Of a stretch of 64,000 bases of DNA, positions 61,211 through 64,000 are shown one piece after another. Within the stretch, counting starts at the first letter, position 1. Each line of letters begins with the position of its first letter. This DNA comes from Psychrobium sp. (lineage in GTDB: Bacteria > Pseudomonadota > Gammaproteobacteria > Enterobacterales > Psychrobiaceae): the NCBI GenBank assembly GCA_049607155.1, contig JBMYWG010000005.1, positions 6,157 through 70,156 of the forward strand, given 5' to 3'. Both the position numbers and the translations under genes were made by a program. The notes beneath the pieces are model-generated. The model was not told the origin of the DNA. It was given only the letters and a program-made list of their open reading frames with translations, and did not search any database.

Positions 61211-63883
61211 TTAAAATTTGTAACTCAACTGAATGCTGTACTTAGAACCAGGCTCTTTGGCGTATACCTCGATGCCTTGTTGCTCATAAGTCGTTTGTTC
61301 ATCGAGTAGGTTTTTCGCTTTAAATGAAATCGACATGTCCTCAACTGGATAATACTTGTAAGTAAAATCTAAACTGTGGAATGGCTGTTCGTAAACATCA
61401 TCTAGGCCACCACGACCACCGTAAGCGACGCGGTCCCCAAACACGTTGTATACCAAGGTAGCGTTATGCGCTTCGTCTTTCGAATCGAAACTAATTTGGA
61501 AGTTAGTTACCCATTCTGAGTGTCCTGTCATACGGCGCTTGGTATTGGTTGGGTCAATTTCACCACTTTGAGCAATTTCGATTTCCGAGTCACTTAACGT
61601 CACGTTCGCGGCAATAAAGAACTGCTGCCAAATACTCTTCGCATCACCTAGGAATGCTAGGCCTTGTAGTGCTTCTGCTTCAATACCATAGATAAAGCCA
61701 GAGTTAGCGTTGTAGAACTTAAGCTGACGCCCTGCTTCACTTATACGTTGGATAGGCTCGATTGGCGCATCAATGTCTTTATAGAAAGCACCGATAGAGT
61801 AGTTATCACCCGTCTCACTGTAGTATTCCCAGCGCGCATCTAAATTGTATATGGACGAACTTTTCAGTTCTGGATTACCAAAGAAGTCAAAACCTGTCAC
61901 CGGATCTTGGAAGCGCACTGGCGATACTTCACGTAAATCTGGACGCACCATGGTTTTGCTCAGTGCAACACGCCATTGGCTTAAATCGTCTTCTTTGTAT
62001 GTCATTGAAAGCGATGGGAAGAAACCGTCTTCTTGCACGATGTAATCGCTAATTTCATAACGACCGCCTTCATCCGAGATATTACCATCTGGCTCAAGTG
62101 GCAAGGTTACGCGGCGAAAATCTTCATAGCGCAGACCAGCGTAGAAAATTAGCTCGTCGTCAAAATCAAGCTCAGCAGAGATATAAACTGCATCGTTTTG
62201 TTCAGCAGCAATGTAATCTTCGGTGTCAGTTGACGCATCTTTTAACTCAACATCTAGCACGTTACTATTAATGTTCTCATCGCTAAAGATATCGCTAAAT
62301 TCCTTGCTTAGAATGTCACCATTGGCATCAGTCGGACGCAGACCAACATCTAAACCAAGACGCGTGGCGTAGCTAGTACGAGAGCGCTCAACGAATTGAT
62401 AACCCGCTTTAAAAGTAACGACCGTCGTATCAAATGCCACTGGCAATCCAAGATCAAAACCGAAGTTTTCCATGTCATCATCTAGCTGACTGTAGACATA
62501 TTTCGGCGCATCTTGGGTATTAAGATGACGACTAGTGATGGCATTCGCATCGTCAAGCACAACGTTATAAGTGTAAGAAAGCTCACTTGGCGCACGGCGC
62601 GATGATTTAGAATCGCTGTATTGCCATTTTAGCTCTAGCTCCCACCAATCTTCTAAATAGTGAGTCCCTTTAAGCTGGTTACTCAGCAATGTACGCTGCT
62701 GAAAATCAATATCGTAAACTTGCAGCGCATTTGGCTCGCCCAAGGTATCGATAGTTTCTTCGATTGCTACTGATACATCGTCTGAGCTATCGCTAAGGTA
62801 AGTAGTAAAGCTTTCAATCTTGTGGTTGTCATCAAGCTCAAAGCCCATGTTAAACATGGCTGAGAATTTAACTTTAGTATCTGTGCCTTTGACACGCTTG
62901 TCGTTTTCAACTTGAGTTTGGTTGGCATCGCCATCAAGCTCGATGTCCGTTTTTTCGTAATTGCTTTGCTCATTTTTATAGGCAAATGCCGCCACCACAC
63001 CTAATAAACCCTCGTCACCGATATCCCAGTTAGTACCAAAAGCAAGATTACCGTTTAGCGGTTGGTCGGTGCTTTCAGTTGTCACATTCATATCGCGATG
63101 TAAATCAAGTGCAAGATCGCGGTTAAGCTTTGCAGCATCGGCAAAATTAATACTGCCGTTACTACCTGTAATAATATCAATTGGGCTTAAACCGCCATAT
63201 TGACTAGTAGTGTTTGTGATAGCGCTGGCTAGTGCGCGCGTGCCATCGTCTTTACCTTTCCATTCATCACCGCCACCGTTGTAACTAAAGGCATCGTTGC
63301 TATCGTTGGTGTTAAATGACGTACCAATTGACAGTTTCACAAAAGGCTCTACTGGCGTTGATAAGGTTCGAATATCCACATGACCGCCACCGAAAGCTGC
63401 AGGTCTGTCTGCTGACGCACTTTTTTGTACCGATAACGATTCAATAATTGATGCTGGGAACATATCCAGCGGCACAACGTTACGGGTTGGATCTGGCGAT
63501 GGCACTACAGCGCTATTTAGCGAGGTGCTTGAGTAACGCTCACCTAAACCGCGCACGTAAATAAACTTGCCGTCTTTAAGCGTTAAACCAGTAACACGGC
63601 GTAGCGCTGCCGCAGCACTTGAATCGCCCGTGCGTGATAATTGTTCTAGACCTAAAATGTCCCCTACTTGCACTTGCTCACGGCGTTCTTCCGTCGCTGC
63701 AGAAGCCGAAGTACGCAAGCGTCCGGTAATTTGAATGCGCTCTACTGGGAAATATTCAGGGTCTTTTTCTTTTTGAGTGTTCGCCGTATTAACAGTGTTA
63801 GCGCTAGCAACGCCGCTGAGTAACACTGCACTAGCCACAGCTAAGCTAAGTTTGTTTAATGTAAATAATGGCGTGGTTTTCAT
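61211..63883 (-). CDS. TonB-dependent outer-membrane receptor
   Basis: 890 aa with a signal peptide (..LLSGVASA). A plug (ERIQITGR.., IYVRGLGERYS) is followed by a large barrel ending ..IQLSYKF. Confidence 0.9.
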   Translation of the reverse strand: MKTTPLFTLNKLSLAVASAVLLSGVASANTVNTANTQKEKDPEYFPVERIQITGRLRTSASAATEERREQVQVGDILGLEQLSRTGDSSAAAALRRVTGLTLKDGKFIYVRGLGERYSSTSLNSAVVPSPDPTRNVVPLDMFPASIIESLSVQKSASADRPAAFGGGHVDIRTLSTPVEPFVKLSIGTSFNTNDSNDAFSYNGGGDEWKGKDDGTRALASAITNTTSQYGGLSPIDIITGSNGSINFADAAKLNRDLALDLHRDMNVTTESTDQPLNGNLAFGTNWDIGDEGLLGVVAAFAYKNEQSNYEKTDIELDGDANQTQVENDKRVKGTDTKVKFSAMFNMGFELDDNHKIESFTTYLSDSSDDVSVAIEETIDTLGEPNALQVYDIDFQQRTLLSNQLKGTHYLEDWWELELKWQYSDSKSSRRAPSELSYTYNVVLDDANAITSRHLNTQDAPKYVYSQLDDDMENFGFDLGLPVAFDTTVVTFKAGYQFVERSRTSYATRLGLDVGLRPTDANGDILSKEFSDIFSDENINSNVLDVELKDASTDTEDYIAAEQNDAVYISAELDFDDELIFYAGLRYEDFRRVTLPLEPDGNISDEGGRYEISDYIVQEDGFFPSLSMTYKEDDLSQWRVALSKTMVRPDLREVSPVRFQDPVTGFDFFGNPELKSSSIYNLDARWEYYSETGDNYSIGAFYKDIDAPIEPIQRISEAGRQLKFYNANSGFIYGIEAEALQGLAFLGDAKSIWQQFFIAANVTLSDSEIEIAQSGEIDPTNTKRRMTGHSEWVTNFQISFDSKDEAHNATLVYNVFGDRVAYGGRGGLDDVYEQPFHSLDFTYKYYPVEDMSISFKAKNLLDEQTTYEQQGIEVYAKEPGSKYSIQLSYKF

Positions 63884-64000
63884 ACCTTGGTGTCCTGTCT
63901 TGAAAACACATTGAAAATAGAAATCGATTCAACAAAGCCGTGACTAGCACGGCATTGAAACGCCTTAGCACCGTGTAGGTGCTAAGGGCTTGTTTGGATT

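Overview
The window looks like an AT-rich gammaproteobacterial chromosome core. Gene content and orthologue-like proteins suggest an Alteromonadales/Vibrio/Shewanella-type marine organism. It holds about 50 credible protein genes, nearly all housekeeping or envelope functions. These include a complete hisG-D-C-B-H-A-F-IE operon with a candidate leader peptide and attenuator. Also present are guaB-guaA, a Gpt-like phosphoribosyltransferase, xseA, tadA, an NCS2 purine permease and pepD. The list continues with dinB (canonical SOS box), pgi, tamA-tamB, topB, yqcC-truC and cysE. There are three TonB-dependent receptors, two GGDEF cyclases, a PAS-MCP, M14 and M28 peptidases, MscS and an LpxL-type acyltransferase. 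I found no rRNA, tRNA, CRISPR array, transposase, integrase or recognisable defence island, so this is not an obvious accessory region. The strongest signal not explained by the ORF track is in the ORF-free gap at about 51.2-52.1 kb. Its minus strand carries a dense array of GGA motifs ending in an intrinsic terminator. I read this as a CsrB/RsmB-class CsrA-sequestering sRNA, with a GacA/UvrY-box-like palindrome upstream. Four gene modules are poorly characterised and worth a second look. (a) A tightly packed TonB receptor, YkoF-like, PnuC-like and ThiK-like kinase operon, a putative thiamine/vitamin salvage route with no visible TPP riboswitch. (b) A translationally coupled polytopic membrane protein plus P-loop GTPase with a Gly-zipper tail. 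(c) A REC domain fused to a CheC-type phosphatase domain and coupled to a PAS-GGDEF cyclase. (d) An Oar-like TonB receptor with high-expression codon usage, paired with an EEP-family lipoprotein behind a 490-bp AT-rich region carrying TGAC-N6-GTCA palindromes. All functional calls rest on motif and architecture recognition by eye, and none is database-verified.
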